A DNA stretch of 32,411 nt from Methanobacteriota archaeon (GTDB taxonomy: Archaea; Thermoplasmatota; B47-G6). Shown piece after piece: positions 9,372 to 17,654 of this stretch (within the stretch, counting starts at the first letter, position 1; each line of letters starts with the position of its first letter). The notes beneath the pieces are model-generated. The model was not told the origin of the DNA, ran no database searches, and saw nothing but the letters and a program-made list of their open reading frames with translations. The DNA is taken from NCBI GenBank assembly GCA_021162855.1, contig JAGGXY010000083.1, forward strand, positions 1 through 32,411. The letters are read 5' to 3'. The translations under genes and the position numbers were made by a program.

Positions 9372-9685
9372 GTCCAACCTAAGGGTTCTCTCTATGGGGG
9401 ATGTTAGTGTGATCTCGTGGAATCTTAATCCCAGTCTCTGCTTCTCGAGGACTATAATCCCGTAGGGATTGGCATTCATAGGCCCGTCATCGGGAGTTCT
9501 TCCCTCGAGACCTCCAATCCCTTCGGGGAACCATTCTGGTTAACCGTAACTTGTGTAATGGCTAACCTTCCCTCCCCTGGCTTCATTGGAGGGCTTTCGG
9601 GATCACGCGAGCCTCACATCCTCGCGGCTTTAGCGTTCCCATTTGGGCTTAGGACTCGCATGTCAAGGACTGCCACACTATAAGA
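9372..9685 (-). ncRNA. Candidate structured ncRNA A (unknown family; paralog of 18725-19160)
   Basis: This is a GC-rich, ORF-free island in AT-rich DNA. On the minus strand, TTTTTAAA (9703-9710) lies about 25 nt upstream of the first helix. Local hairpins sit at 9456-9470 (AATCCC/GGGATT), 9483-9494 (CCCG/CGGG) and 9518-9529. A 7-bp helix pairs 9444-9450 with 9503-9509, and a long-range helix pairs 9399-9407 with 9613-9621. A T6 run follows on the minus strand at 9350-9355. Strand choice rests on G-U pairs and promoter position and is not certain. Confidence 0.5.
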
Positions 9686-9765
9686 GATAAATCCTAAGAA
9701 TGTTTAAAAATTGCAGGGACATTACGTGCCAAACTTTACACTCTCTACCATCTACAAAACAGCCC
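9561..9765. repeat. Copy 1 of a ~200-nt dispersed repeat (partner 19026-19243, same orientation)
   Basis: By manual alignment, roughly three quarters or more of positions are identical to 19026-19243. There is one insertion of about 11 nt in copy 2. The repeat spans the 5' module of the candidate RNA plus its promoter and upstream block. Confidence 0.8.
9700..9765 (-). promoter_or_regulatory. Conserved TATA/BRE-like element plus 37-nt upstream block for ncRNA A
   Basis: CTAAGAATGTTTAAAAATTGCAGGGA differs from its partner at 19171-19196 at only 1 of 26 positions. The block at 9729-9765 matches 19207-19243 at 34 of 37 positions. The TATA is near-palindromic, so divergent plus-strand initiation is also possible. 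Confidence 0.45.
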
Positions 9766-10091
9766 TCGCACTACAAGAACACTCTACTTGCCCTCATGAG
9801 TGCCAAGAGCATCTAAAGCAAATGAGAGCAGGGTGCAGGAGAAAACGGTGCCAAAAGGGAAGTAAAGCAGTAAACGGTTCATAAGAGTTTTCTTTCATAA
9901 GTGCTAAACCTTAAAAACATCAGGACATTAGTGTTTATGATTATTAGTTGACTAGTTCATTTAACGACTAAGAGCCAGCCCACTAGATCCTATAGGCAAA
10001 CATGATCGAAACAATAACACCCAGCTTTGAGGTCTATTTTAGCTCAAAATCTCCTTCCCAAGATTTAGAACATTTTTAGAGGTGATGAATT

Positions 10092-10355
10092 ATGGCAAAA
10101 GCCGAAGAGATCGTGAGGCAGGTTGTTGAGATCCTAGATGGAATTATAGAGGAAGAAGGCGTTCCAAGAAATATAAAGAGGGGTGCAAACGAGGCAAAAG
10201 AGCTTATATCTGGAGGTACTGAGAATATAGGTGCTAAAGCTGCCAGCGCTATAAATATACTTAACGAGCTTATAGTTGATCCAAACACACCAATCCACGT
10301 TAGGACACAAATCCTTAGTGCAATTGCATTATTAGAACAACTTACGAAGGAGTAA
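10092..10355 (+). CDS. UPF0147-family small helical protein
   Basis: The 87-aa protein carries VPRNIKRGANEAK...DPNTPIHVRTQI, characteristic of the archaeal UPF0147 family. GAGGTGAT lies 5 nt upstream of the ATG. Confidence 0.75.
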   Translation: MAKAEEIVRQVVEILDGIIEEEGVPRNIKRGANEAKELISGGTENIGAKAASAINILNELIVDPNTPIHVRTQILSAIALLEQLTKE

Positions 10356-10399
10356 TCATCCCTTCTTATCCCCCTTCAGTTCTAAACCAAATTATTTTT

Positions 10400-13183
10400 T
10401 CACTGATGCTTATGACGCCCATAGGCTAAAGCCATAATGGATATTATCAAGACAATAAGTATGACAGCTATAATGGTGTTTCTCCTAGAAGTTTCTGAGG
10501 ACAATATATCCTCCGTAGAAGTGGAGGTTCCTGTAGGAGTTTGTGATTGAGTAGGCCCTTCACTCTGATTTTGACTGACGTTCTCTATCAAATATACTGG
10601 TACTTTTACAGATATAGTATGAGAGCCTACTGAAGCTTCAATGATCAAATGAAGTGATACCCCATCAAAGTAAAACGCATAGTACCCGTTCTTAATTACA
10701 TCAAGGAGAGAACCACTCGTCATTTCTACACCATCAATGTTCACACTTATGTTTGAGAGATCATCAAATGTCACTCCAAGACTTGGGTCAAGCTCCACAT
10801 CGATTATAGCCCCTTCACCTTCTGAATGAATCCTGACAGCATTGTCAGCACTTATTTCTACAGTAAAACGTGTGTCATGTAAAAGAGATGCCATAGATAC
10901 TACAAGATTATGCTCTCTCATGACCTTAACGAGAGCCCCTGGGACAATATCATACAAAGGTTCACAAAACACTCTTAGTGTACTGTTTTGCGCCATTTCT
11001 ACGATAATGTGAGTACCTCTGATTGTAAGGCTTCCGTTCACAATTTCAACTCTGACACTAAGCCCTTGAACCATGTACGATAGGGTACTGTTATTTATGC
11101 CCTTGAAGAACAAGAGCTCATCTGGGAGTATTATATAGAGTGTCATTGGCTCTCTGGACTTAACCTCCATAAGCCCTATCATTGTATCAAAAACTCTAAG
11201 AGTGCTCATACTCGTGTTTATAACAATGAAAGCTCCATTTCTTTGCACAGTTAGTCCAGACCTCGCAAGCTCTGAGAGAGCAACTAGCCTCATTATTTTT
11301 ACTCCGAACACAGAGTAGTCCATTATTTGGTCTCCAGTTAAATTAAAGCTAACATATCTTCCCCTGAATCTTCCATATGAGGTGAAACCTATTTCTTCAT
11401 TATATCCTCTCTTTCCTAGACTTATTAAGCGTTCATCTATCTGAGGGCCAATAACAAAGACAGCATGTCCTTGTGCTTCGATTGTTTCCTGCAATATTCT
11501 CATATTCTCCGCCATTATAATGGAATACGTCTTGTTGTTATATTGAAGAAGAACTAAACCATTACTGACTTCTTTGATAGTGATATTGTGCGAAACGTGA
11601 ATGGCTATGTCCCCAACATTAAAACTCATCCTTACGTAGTCTTCTCCAAACAAGATCCTTGCTGAAGCATTCTTCCAAAATATGATTTTATCTTTGTTTC
11701 CCCAAAATCCAATAAAATCTCCAGCATTTACTGAGAGACCCATTATATCTAAATTTACAACTTTTATACTACTAATGCCATTTTCTGCTATATTAATAGT
11801 GATAATCCCATTTGAAAGTACTCTTGAAGTATTTATCTCTAAGAACGCGTTGAGGACACCAGACACTATTTTAAGTTCACCTATAGTACTATTGAAGCTC
11901 CAATTACCCTCGACTCTTATAATTATGCTAGCTCCTTCGTTAGGGATTATCAACTTACTTGAAATATATTTAGCGTTAGGCACTTTCATCGATAGTTTTT
12001 CTCCGTATATCGTAATAGCTCCCCAACTTATCATGAGAGATCCATGCTCAAAGATCATATAAGCGGACTTATCACTCTTAAAACCGTCAATGTACTCTCC
12101 CAAAAACATGTCCTCAAAAACGGTTTTTCCGCCGTATTCTATATGGATTATGTTGCCCTTAAATGCTACACATTTGCATTTCCAGAGGCTTATGTTCTCT
12201 AGAGTACTTATTCTCGTAAGGCCTGGTATCTTGACGTTTGTGATTAACATGGATGTACCATTCGATAGCACTAGAGTAGAGTCCTTAACGAAATGATCAC
12301 CATAGACCTTTACTGTTAGTTCATTGTTCAAACGATAAAGGAAAAATTTGTAAGGACCATAAAGTTCCGTTAGGGAACCATTTAAGAGAAGGGTGAGGTT
12401 TCCAAGAGAGTATATCCATATAAACCATGCTCCTTTGCCTTTAGGATCATTAAACTCAACAATACCATACTCTCCTTTTATCACGTGAATATATTCCTCT
12501 ACTCTTGATTCGCTTATGTTTCCTATTATTATCTTATTAATAATTGTTTTATTGTTCACCGTCACATTTTCAATCGTTCCATTCGTGATTAGATACTTTA
12601 TATCATCGAAATATGTAGGCGCACTACTCTTACTTACATATATCTTCATGTAGATTATAAGGCTGAAAAGAGGGTTTCCCTTAACTTCAATAGTGGTACT
12701 CTCTACAATAGATGCTTCTTTAGCACCCACAAGTCTCATGTCTATAATATAATAATCACCCTCGACGTGCGCAGTATTATTTATTATATATGCAGTCTTC
12801 AAATTGTGAAACTTAAACTTTACATCCATCTTCGGACTTAGGGTAATCATCACATCAGTTGGATTAGAGTCTCTAAACTTTATGGAGAACTTTGTCGTCG
12901 CAAATGTCCAGAAGGTTCCATCGAAGTTCTTTCCACTGTACTCGCCAAACTCTGCAGGAGCAATTTCTTCGATTACAAGGACGTTACTTACAGATATATT
13001 CTCAAGTTTTCCTTCTTCATAGTTTATCGTCACACAAGTTACATGCCCAATAGTTTCTTTAGACACTGAAGTAGCTAGTAATCCTGAGAGCTCACTAAGA
13101 ACTCCAAGAATTAGTATAAAGGCTGTTAACATCGCCAGCGTCCTTGCGTGACTATAAGGACGTCGCATCATGGCACACCTCAT
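10400..13183 (-). CDS. Large secreted, C-terminally membrane-anchored surface (S-layer-like) glycoprotein candidate
   Basis: The N-terminus has a basic stretch followed by a hydrophobic signal or anchor (RRPYSHARTLAMLTAFILILGVL). The body is beta-rich and high in Asn, Ser, Thr, Ile and Val, with about two dozen N-x-S/T sequons by manual count. The C-terminus has a Thr/Ser-rich linker (PTQSQTPTGTSTST), one TM helix (IIAVILIVLIISIMALA) and a short basic tail. The track start TTG13207 and ATGs at 13183, 13171 and 13168 are all possible. Confidence 0.65.
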   Translation of the reverse strand: MRCAMMRRPYSHARTLAMLTAFILILGVLSELSGLLATSVSKETIGHVTCVTINYEEGKLENISVSNVLVIEEIAPAEFGEYSGKNFDGTFWTFATTKFSIKFRDSNPTDVMITLSPKMDVKFKFHNLKTAYIINNTAHVEGDYYIIDMRLVGAKEASIVESTTIEVKGNPLFSLIIYMKIYVSKSSAPTYFDDIKYLITNGTIENVTVNNKTIINKIIIGNISESRVEEYIHVIKGEYGIVEFNDPKGKGAWFIWIYSLGNLTLLLNGSLTELYGPYKFFLYRLNNELTVKVYGDHFVKDSTLVLSNGTSMLITNVKIPGLTRISTLENISLWKCKCVAFKGNIIHIEYGGKTVFEDMFLGEYIDGFKSDKSAYMIFEHGSLMISWGAITIYGEKLSMKVPNAKYISSKLIIPNEGASIIIRVEGNWSFNSTIGELKIVSGVLNAFLEINTSRVLSNGIITINIAENGISSIKVVNLDIMGLSVNAGDFIGFWGNKDKIIFWKNASARILFGEDYVRMSFNVGDIAIHVSHNITIKEVSNGLVLLQYNNKTYSIIMAENMRILQETIEAQGHAVFVIGPQIDERLISLGKRGYNEEIGFTSYGRFRGRYVSFNLTGDQIMDYSVFGVKIMRLVALSELARSGLTVQRNGAFIVINTSMSTLRVFDTMIGLMEVKSREPMTLYIILPDELLFFKGINNSTLSYMVQGLSVRVEIVNGSLTIRGTHIIVEMAQNSTLRVFCEPLYDIVPGALVKVMREHNLVVSMASLLHDTRFTVEISADNAVRIHSEGEGAIIDVELDPSLGVTFDDLSNISVNIDGVEMTSGSLLDVIKNGYYAFYFDGVSLHLIIEASVGSHTISVKVPVYLIENVSQNQSEGPTQSQTPTGTSTSTEDILSSETSRRNTIIAVILIVLIISIMALAYGRHKHQ

Positions 13184-13312
13184 GAACTCGTTGAGTCTCT
13201 CAGACAAATAAATATAACCTACTGGTCTTTATTTCTGTTTCATACATATATAATCTCATAAAGACTTCACAATAGGATTAGATTAAGGATATTTTTCAGG
13301 AGGGGTTTATCT

Positions 13313-14107
13313 ATGAACGAAAAACCCACTCAGGAAGCCATAATAGCCATTATGACAGACTTCGGAGAAAAGGATTTTTATGTAGGTGCCATGAAGGGTG
13401 TGATACTTTCCATAAACCCAAACGCGAAGATAGTGGATATATCTCATAACATCGAGCCATTTAGCGTAATATCAGGTGCTTACGTCTTATATGGTGCTTA
13501 TAAATACTTTCCTAAAGGGACTACATTCCTTGTAGTAATAGATCCAGGAGTTGGCTCGAGTAGGGAACCTATAGTAGTTAGAACAGATAAATACACTTTT
13601 GTCGCTCCAAATAATGGGGTTTTAAGTCTTGTGCTAAGAGAAGAATGTGTCATTGAGAAGTATTTAATACCTGAAGACATATATGTTGAAAAACCCTCAT
13701 ACACGTTTCATGGAAGAGACATATTTGCTCCTGCAGCTGCTTATGCATCTCTAGGATCCTATGATGTGTTCAAAGAGTTTAAAGGTGATCTCATAGTTCT
13801 AGACATCACAGAATACAAAGTAGAAAAAAACTCAGTGAGATCACATGTGATAAATATTGATCGATTTGGTAATGTAGCTCTAAGCGTCCCATATGAGGCA
13901 ATCAGGGCGTATGTTTCTTATGGAGATACTATAAATGTTGAAGGCATTGGGAAATTAAAATTTGTCAGATATTTCTCGGAACTTAAAGTGGGGGAGACTG
14001 GACTAATCGTGAACAGTATTGGCTTCCTCGAGATCTGCATAAGGGAAGGTAATGCTTCAGAGATCCATAACCTTAAATTAGGGGATGAGGTGCTATTGAG
14101 TTGGTAA
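13313..14107 (+). CDS. SAM hydroxide adenosyltransferase (DUF62 / SAM-dependent chlorinase-fluorinase-like family)
   Basis: The sequence IAIMTDFGEKDFYVGAMKGVI...VVIDPGVGSSREPIVV...NNG is diagnostic for the DUF62 family. Length is 264 aa. Confidence 0.85.
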   Translation: MNEKPTQEAIIAIMTDFGEKDFYVGAMKGVILSINPNAKIVDISHNIEPFSVISGAYVLYGAYKYFPKGTTFLVVIDPGVGSSREPIVVRTDKYTFVAPNNGVLSLVLREECVIEKYLIPEDIYVEKPSYTFHGRDIFAPAAAYASLGSYDVFKEFKGDLIVLDITEYKVEKNSVRSHVINIDRFGNVALSVPYEAIRAYVSYGDTINVEGIGKLKFVRYFSELKVGETGLIVNSIGFLEICIREGNASEIHNLKLGDEVLLSW

Positions 14108-15216
14108 GGAGAGTCGCTGCTGAATACCTTCTGAAGATTCTAGGAGGCCCCAAAACGCTTTACGCATCGTATAGGGTAAGGGCAAGAAGCTTAGTGAATC
14201 GCCTCTCAAACGATATTCTCGTAGGTAGAGCTTTCTTAGTAGAAGAACACAGATATGGAAAACTTTTGGACAAACATTTAGGGCTCTCCATAATAGGCTC
14301 AAAAGGGAACATTGAATCTGACCTTATGGTCACAAGAAATAACTCGAACAATGTTATCAAGATAGACACAAACTTTGAAGAAATAGAGGGCCCTAGGATT
14401 GTCGTTGATGTACGCTATTATGACCTACACAAAAGTGATGAGAAGATGAGCCTAATAGAGCAAATGCGACTTATAACCGTGTTATTAAGGGACTATCTCA
14501 CCGAAGGGCATTACATAGTAACATCTGCAAATGAACACTTCATGAAAGATTTTCTTAAGGGGAATTATGATTTTAGAGGAAAAATTCATGAAAAAAGATT
14601 CAATGAAATTTTAAACAAAGAAGAAACTATAGTGTTAGACCCATTTGGCGACATCGAGTTTGATGCAAGTCTTTTTAAGGAGTATAAGTACTTCGTTATA
14701 GGAGGTATCGTGGATAGAGGATGTAGATTTCAAGGCTTTACTTCTAGAATGGCTGAAGACTTCGAGCGTGCTAGGATCTCCCTAAAGGGGGATATAAAAG
14801 GCGTACCTGATAGGATAAACAGGATAGCGGAAATATTGATATATCTATACTGTGGCGTGGCTAGCACTATCGAAGAGGCCATAAAGCTTGCACAAGCCCC
14901 AATAGTTGCTAGAAAGAGGCTTCCAATCGAGCTGAAAAGAAGAGCAATTAGATTTGAAATGTCCGGGCGTAGATGGTATGCAATAGCACTATCAGATTAT
15001 GAGGAACTTCATGATATCATGAACTTCAGAGACAGTGACATAGAAAGGGTCCTCGATAGAGACCTCATAGTGATTACCGATGAGCTCTACGAAAGAATCA
15101 TAAGCTCTAAAAGTTTTGAGAGCTTTGGAAGGGTTGTTTATATTCCAGAGGGAATTTCAGAGGATTTCTTTAGAAGTAACATTGTCAAAGTCATTGGAAA
15201 ATCAAAGGAAGTGTGA
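14101..15216 (+). CDS. trm10: tRNA (purine-9 N1)-methyltransferase Trm10 (SPOUT)
   Basis: The sequence VLDPFGD...YFVIGGIVDRG...ISLKGDIKGVPDRINRIAEIL matches the archaeal Trm10 SPOUT core. A C-terminal extension is present. The start is a non-ATG codon (TTG14101) that overlaps the upstream stop, and it remains uncertain. Confidence 0.7.
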   Translation: MVRRVAAEYLLKILGGPKTLYASYRVRARSLVNRLSNDILVGRAFLVEEHRYGKLLDKHLGLSIIGSKGNIESDLMVTRNNSNNVIKIDTNFEEIEGPRIVVDVRYYDLHKSDEKMSLIEQMRLITVLLRDYLTEGHYIVTSANEHFMKDFLKGNYDFRGKIHEKRFNEILNKEETIVLDPFGDIEFDASLFKEYKYFVIGGIVDRGCRFQGFTSRMAEDFERARISLKGDIKGVPDRINRIAEILIYLYCGVASTIEEAIKLAQAPIVARKRLPIELKRRAIRFEMSGRRWYAIALSDYEELHDIMNFRDSDIERVLDRDLIVITDELYERIISSKSFESFGRVVYIPEGISEDFFRSNIVKVIGKSKEV

Positions 15217-15220
15217 TATC

Positions 15221-16255
15221 ATGAAGACCTATGAGAAAGTTGCCGTAGGAGGTACTTTTGATAACTTTCATAAAGGTCACGAAGTACTTCTCAATGAAGC
15301 ATTTAAGATAGGAAGGAACATCATAATAGGAATAACTTCTGATGAAATGGCATCAAAAAAAGGACATGACATAGAACCTCTTAGTGTACGTAGGAAATAT
15401 GTAGAAAAATGGATCAGAGAACACTATCCTAACAGACATTATGAAATATTTGTTATAAACGATAGATATGGACCAGCAATTCATATGGAAGACCTTGAAG
15501 CGATTATCGTATCTCCAGAAACTTATCTTGTCGCTGTGAAGTTGAACGAATATAGAATGTCTATGAATCTAAAACCACTAGACATAATCAAAATCCCTTA
15601 TGTCCTAGCAGAGGACTTATTTCCTATAAGCTCTAGTAGAATAAGATCTGGAGAAATAGATAGAAATGGTAAGAGACTAAAACCTCTTAAAGTAGCTGTT
15701 GGAAGTACTAACAAGTCCAAAGTGAAGCCTGTCATTTCTTTTCTAAGAGCCCTTTTTGCAAACGTACTTCTCGAGATATTTCCTGTAAAAGTTGATAGCG
15801 GAGTCCCAGAGCAACCTATAGGAGATGAAACATACAAAGGAGCTTATAATAGAGCTAAGAGAGCCCTCGAACTTGTAGGTGCTGATTATGGTATCGGGAT
15901 AGAATCAGGAATATTTTCTCATGAGTTTGGAGGAAAATGCTCTATAGTGTACCAAGTGGCATGTGTATATGATAGGTTTGGAAATTATTCATTTGGCACA
16001 AGTAAGGGCTTCATGCTTTCAGAGTGGATGATGAAAGAAATCCTAAAAGGAAAGACCCTTGGAGATGTTGCAAGGGAGATCTCTGGAAAACATGATATAA
16101 ATGAAAATGAAGGAATCGTCGGATTTCTATCTAAAAATATCGTTACAAGATTTGATTTATCCTATGATGCTGTAAAAGCAGCATTTATACCAAGAATGTC
16201 TCCAGAGTACTACGAATACAATTTCAATATCTTCAATCCATATGACGAAAAGTAG
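15221..16255 (+). CDS. Fusion protein: phosphopantetheine adenylyltransferase (archaeal PPAT) + YjjX-type inosine/xanthosine triphosphatase
   Basis: The N-terminal half has VAVGGTFDNFHKGH...ISSSRIRSGEID, a cytidylyltransferase-fold PPAT. The C-terminal half, from about nt 15680, has KVAVGSTNKSK...DSGVPEQPIGDETYKGAYNRA...GIGIESG, a YjjX/NTPase_I-T domain. ATG15221 is the first plausible start; the track ORF begins upstream inside trm10. Confidence 0.8.
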   Translation: MKTYEKVAVGGTFDNFHKGHEVLLNEAFKIGRNIIIGITSDEMASKKGHDIEPLSVRRKYVEKWIREHYPNRHYEIFVINDRYGPAIHMEDLEAIIVSPETYLVAVKLNEYRMSMNLKPLDIIKIPYVLAEDLFPISSSRIRSGEIDRNGKRLKPLKVAVGSTNKSKVKPVISFLRALFANVLLEIFPVKVDSGVPEQPIGDETYKGAYNRAKRALELVGADYGIGIESGIFSHEFGGKCSIVYQVACVYDRFGNYSFGTSKGFMLSEWMMKEILKGKTLGDVAREISGKHDINENEGIVGFLSKNIVTRFDLSYDAVKAAFIPRMSPEYYEYNFNIFNPYDEK

Positions 16256-16309
16256 TGAGGCGTACAAATGGTTCCCAAAAATAAAAACAAATAAGAGAAG
16301 ATGAAGAGC

Positions 16310-17425
16310 TTATTCTATGCTTTCGAATCTGTCCTTTATGCGCTCAAGAACTTTAGGTAGTGTCGTATATTCCATCTCCTCAGATGGGAGTCTGTGGGGT
16401 TCAAATGGTCCATGAAGCCTCATGTACATTGCTACCAAATTTGCAATAGTTCTCGTTGTACTGTAGGCAGGGTCTGCAAAGAAGTCTACTGGTCCTATGA
16501 GTTTCCCATCTGCAAGGTTAAAGCCTAAGGCAACAACCCTCGGCGGACCATCGAATCTTGTACATGTAGCATCCTTTAGTGATACTGGCATGAGAGGCCC
16601 ATTATGACTGCCACGCATCCAACCAGAAACCAGATACGGAAATGCAAACGGCTCTAGGATTTCTCCAGTTGCTGGAAGTCCTGACTGTGCCCTTATAAGG
16701 GCTACGGGATCGTCCTTCCCGACATATTCTCCCTTTATGAAGAATAACTTCTCTGTGCTTATCACAGCAACAGGTTCATCCTTTGGTAACGGTGATCCCT
16801 CTTTAGGATATATCCTCTTTATCACGAACCTTCCCTTAGCCCCTATAAGCGCAAGTATATCATACATCTCCTCAGGAGCTCTCATGAACACCCTTCTATG
16901 CTCTATTATGTCCCATATCTCGAAGACAAATCCCTGATGCATCTTTGGATCTATAACAAGTCCTGCTGTATTAAACGGATCTGCGAATATTTTGAATATT
17001 GGATAATTGAACGCTCCTGGCTCCGTTTTGTCCATCATAATTGCTATTATAGGTTCTGAACGTCTAGGGGTGAACTCCATTTCTGCAACTCCCGGACCAA
17101 GGCCTCTCACGTTCCCTGAGAAAGCGTCAGAGAGCAAGTCCTGACCTGCCCCATAGAGCTTAAGCTCTTTCGCTACATCTGCAGCTGCTTTAAAAGTGTT
17201 CCAAGCAAGCTCATGAATCTCCTCATTGTCAACTCCCTTAGTATGTGTCATTAAGAGTTGAAGGTCATCTCCGACATGTGTTACAAAGAAATCTATTATA
17301 AGTCCGGATTCTCTAGCTTCTTCTAGCTTCTTTTGGGCTGTTGATATCAGTTTCTCGTGTACTGTAGTATGTCCTGCAACACTACCAACATCTGCTTTAA
17401 TAAGGCTAACAGTAATTTTCGCCAT
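16310..17425 (-). CDS. fbp: Fructose-1,6-bisphosphate aldolase/phosphatase (class V FBPase)
   Basis: The N-terminus MAKITVSLIKADVGSVAGH and full-length similarity are typical of the archaeal bifunctional FBP aldolase/phosphatase. ATG17425 is preferred over GTG17434. Confidence 0.93.
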   Translation of the reverse strand: MAKITVSLIKADVGSVAGHTTVHEKLISTAQKKLEEARESGLIIDFFVTHVGDDLQLLMTHTKGVDNEEIHELAWNTFKAAADVAKELKLYGAGQDLLSDAFSGNVRGLGPGVAEMEFTPRRSEPIIAIMMDKTEPGAFNYPIFKIFADPFNTAGLVIDPKMHQGFVFEIWDIIEHRRVFMRAPEEMYDILALIGAKGRFVIKRIYPKEGSPLPKDEPVAVISTEKLFFIKGEYVGKDDPVALIRAQSGLPATGEILEPFAFPYLVSGWMRGSHNGPLMPVSLKDATCTRFDGPPRVVALGFNLADGKLIGPVDFFADPAYSTTRTIANLVAMYMRLHGPFEPHRLPSEEMEYTTLPKVLERIKDRFESIE

Positions 17426-17654
17426 GGCAAACACCTTAAGACTTTTTCAGAGCAAGAAGATGCTATTTTAAAGCGTTTATTGTCTCGCGAACTTTGGTTA
17501 ATATACTAAATAATTTGAGTTATATACGTCTTTTTAAAGAGTTCTCCCTTTTACAGTCGAGAGCGTAATCGTCACCTCTTTGAAAATATTGCTAATACCT
17601 TTAAGAAGGAGTGGTATTTGACGAAATTATCAATTGAGTGCTTTATAAAAGACC

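Noticed and set aside
9372-9685. Identity of islands A and B as SRP RNA or RNase P RNA (island B lies next to srp54)
   Set aside because: I could not find the near-universal RNase P CR-I GGAAAGUCC or CR-V ACAGAANCCGGCUUA. Only weak look-alikes appear, such as GAAAGCC and CCAGGCUUAU. I also could not find the SRP helix-8 AGG..GNAR..AGCA signature or the Alu-domain UGUAAY. Two essential single-copy RNAs would also not share a homologous 5' module and promoter. This still needs a formal cmscan.
9561-9765. Template/variable repeat pair of a diversity-generating retroelement
   Set aside because: Differences between the copies involve all four bases rather than adenine-specific changes. There is no reverse transcriptase in the window, and neither copy lies inside a coding region.
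14093-14369. Two 69-aa minus-strand ORFs overlapping the trm10 5' region
   Set aside because: They are antisense to the trm10 N-terminal domain, which itself resembles archaeal Trm10 N-termini. No independent support exists for them.
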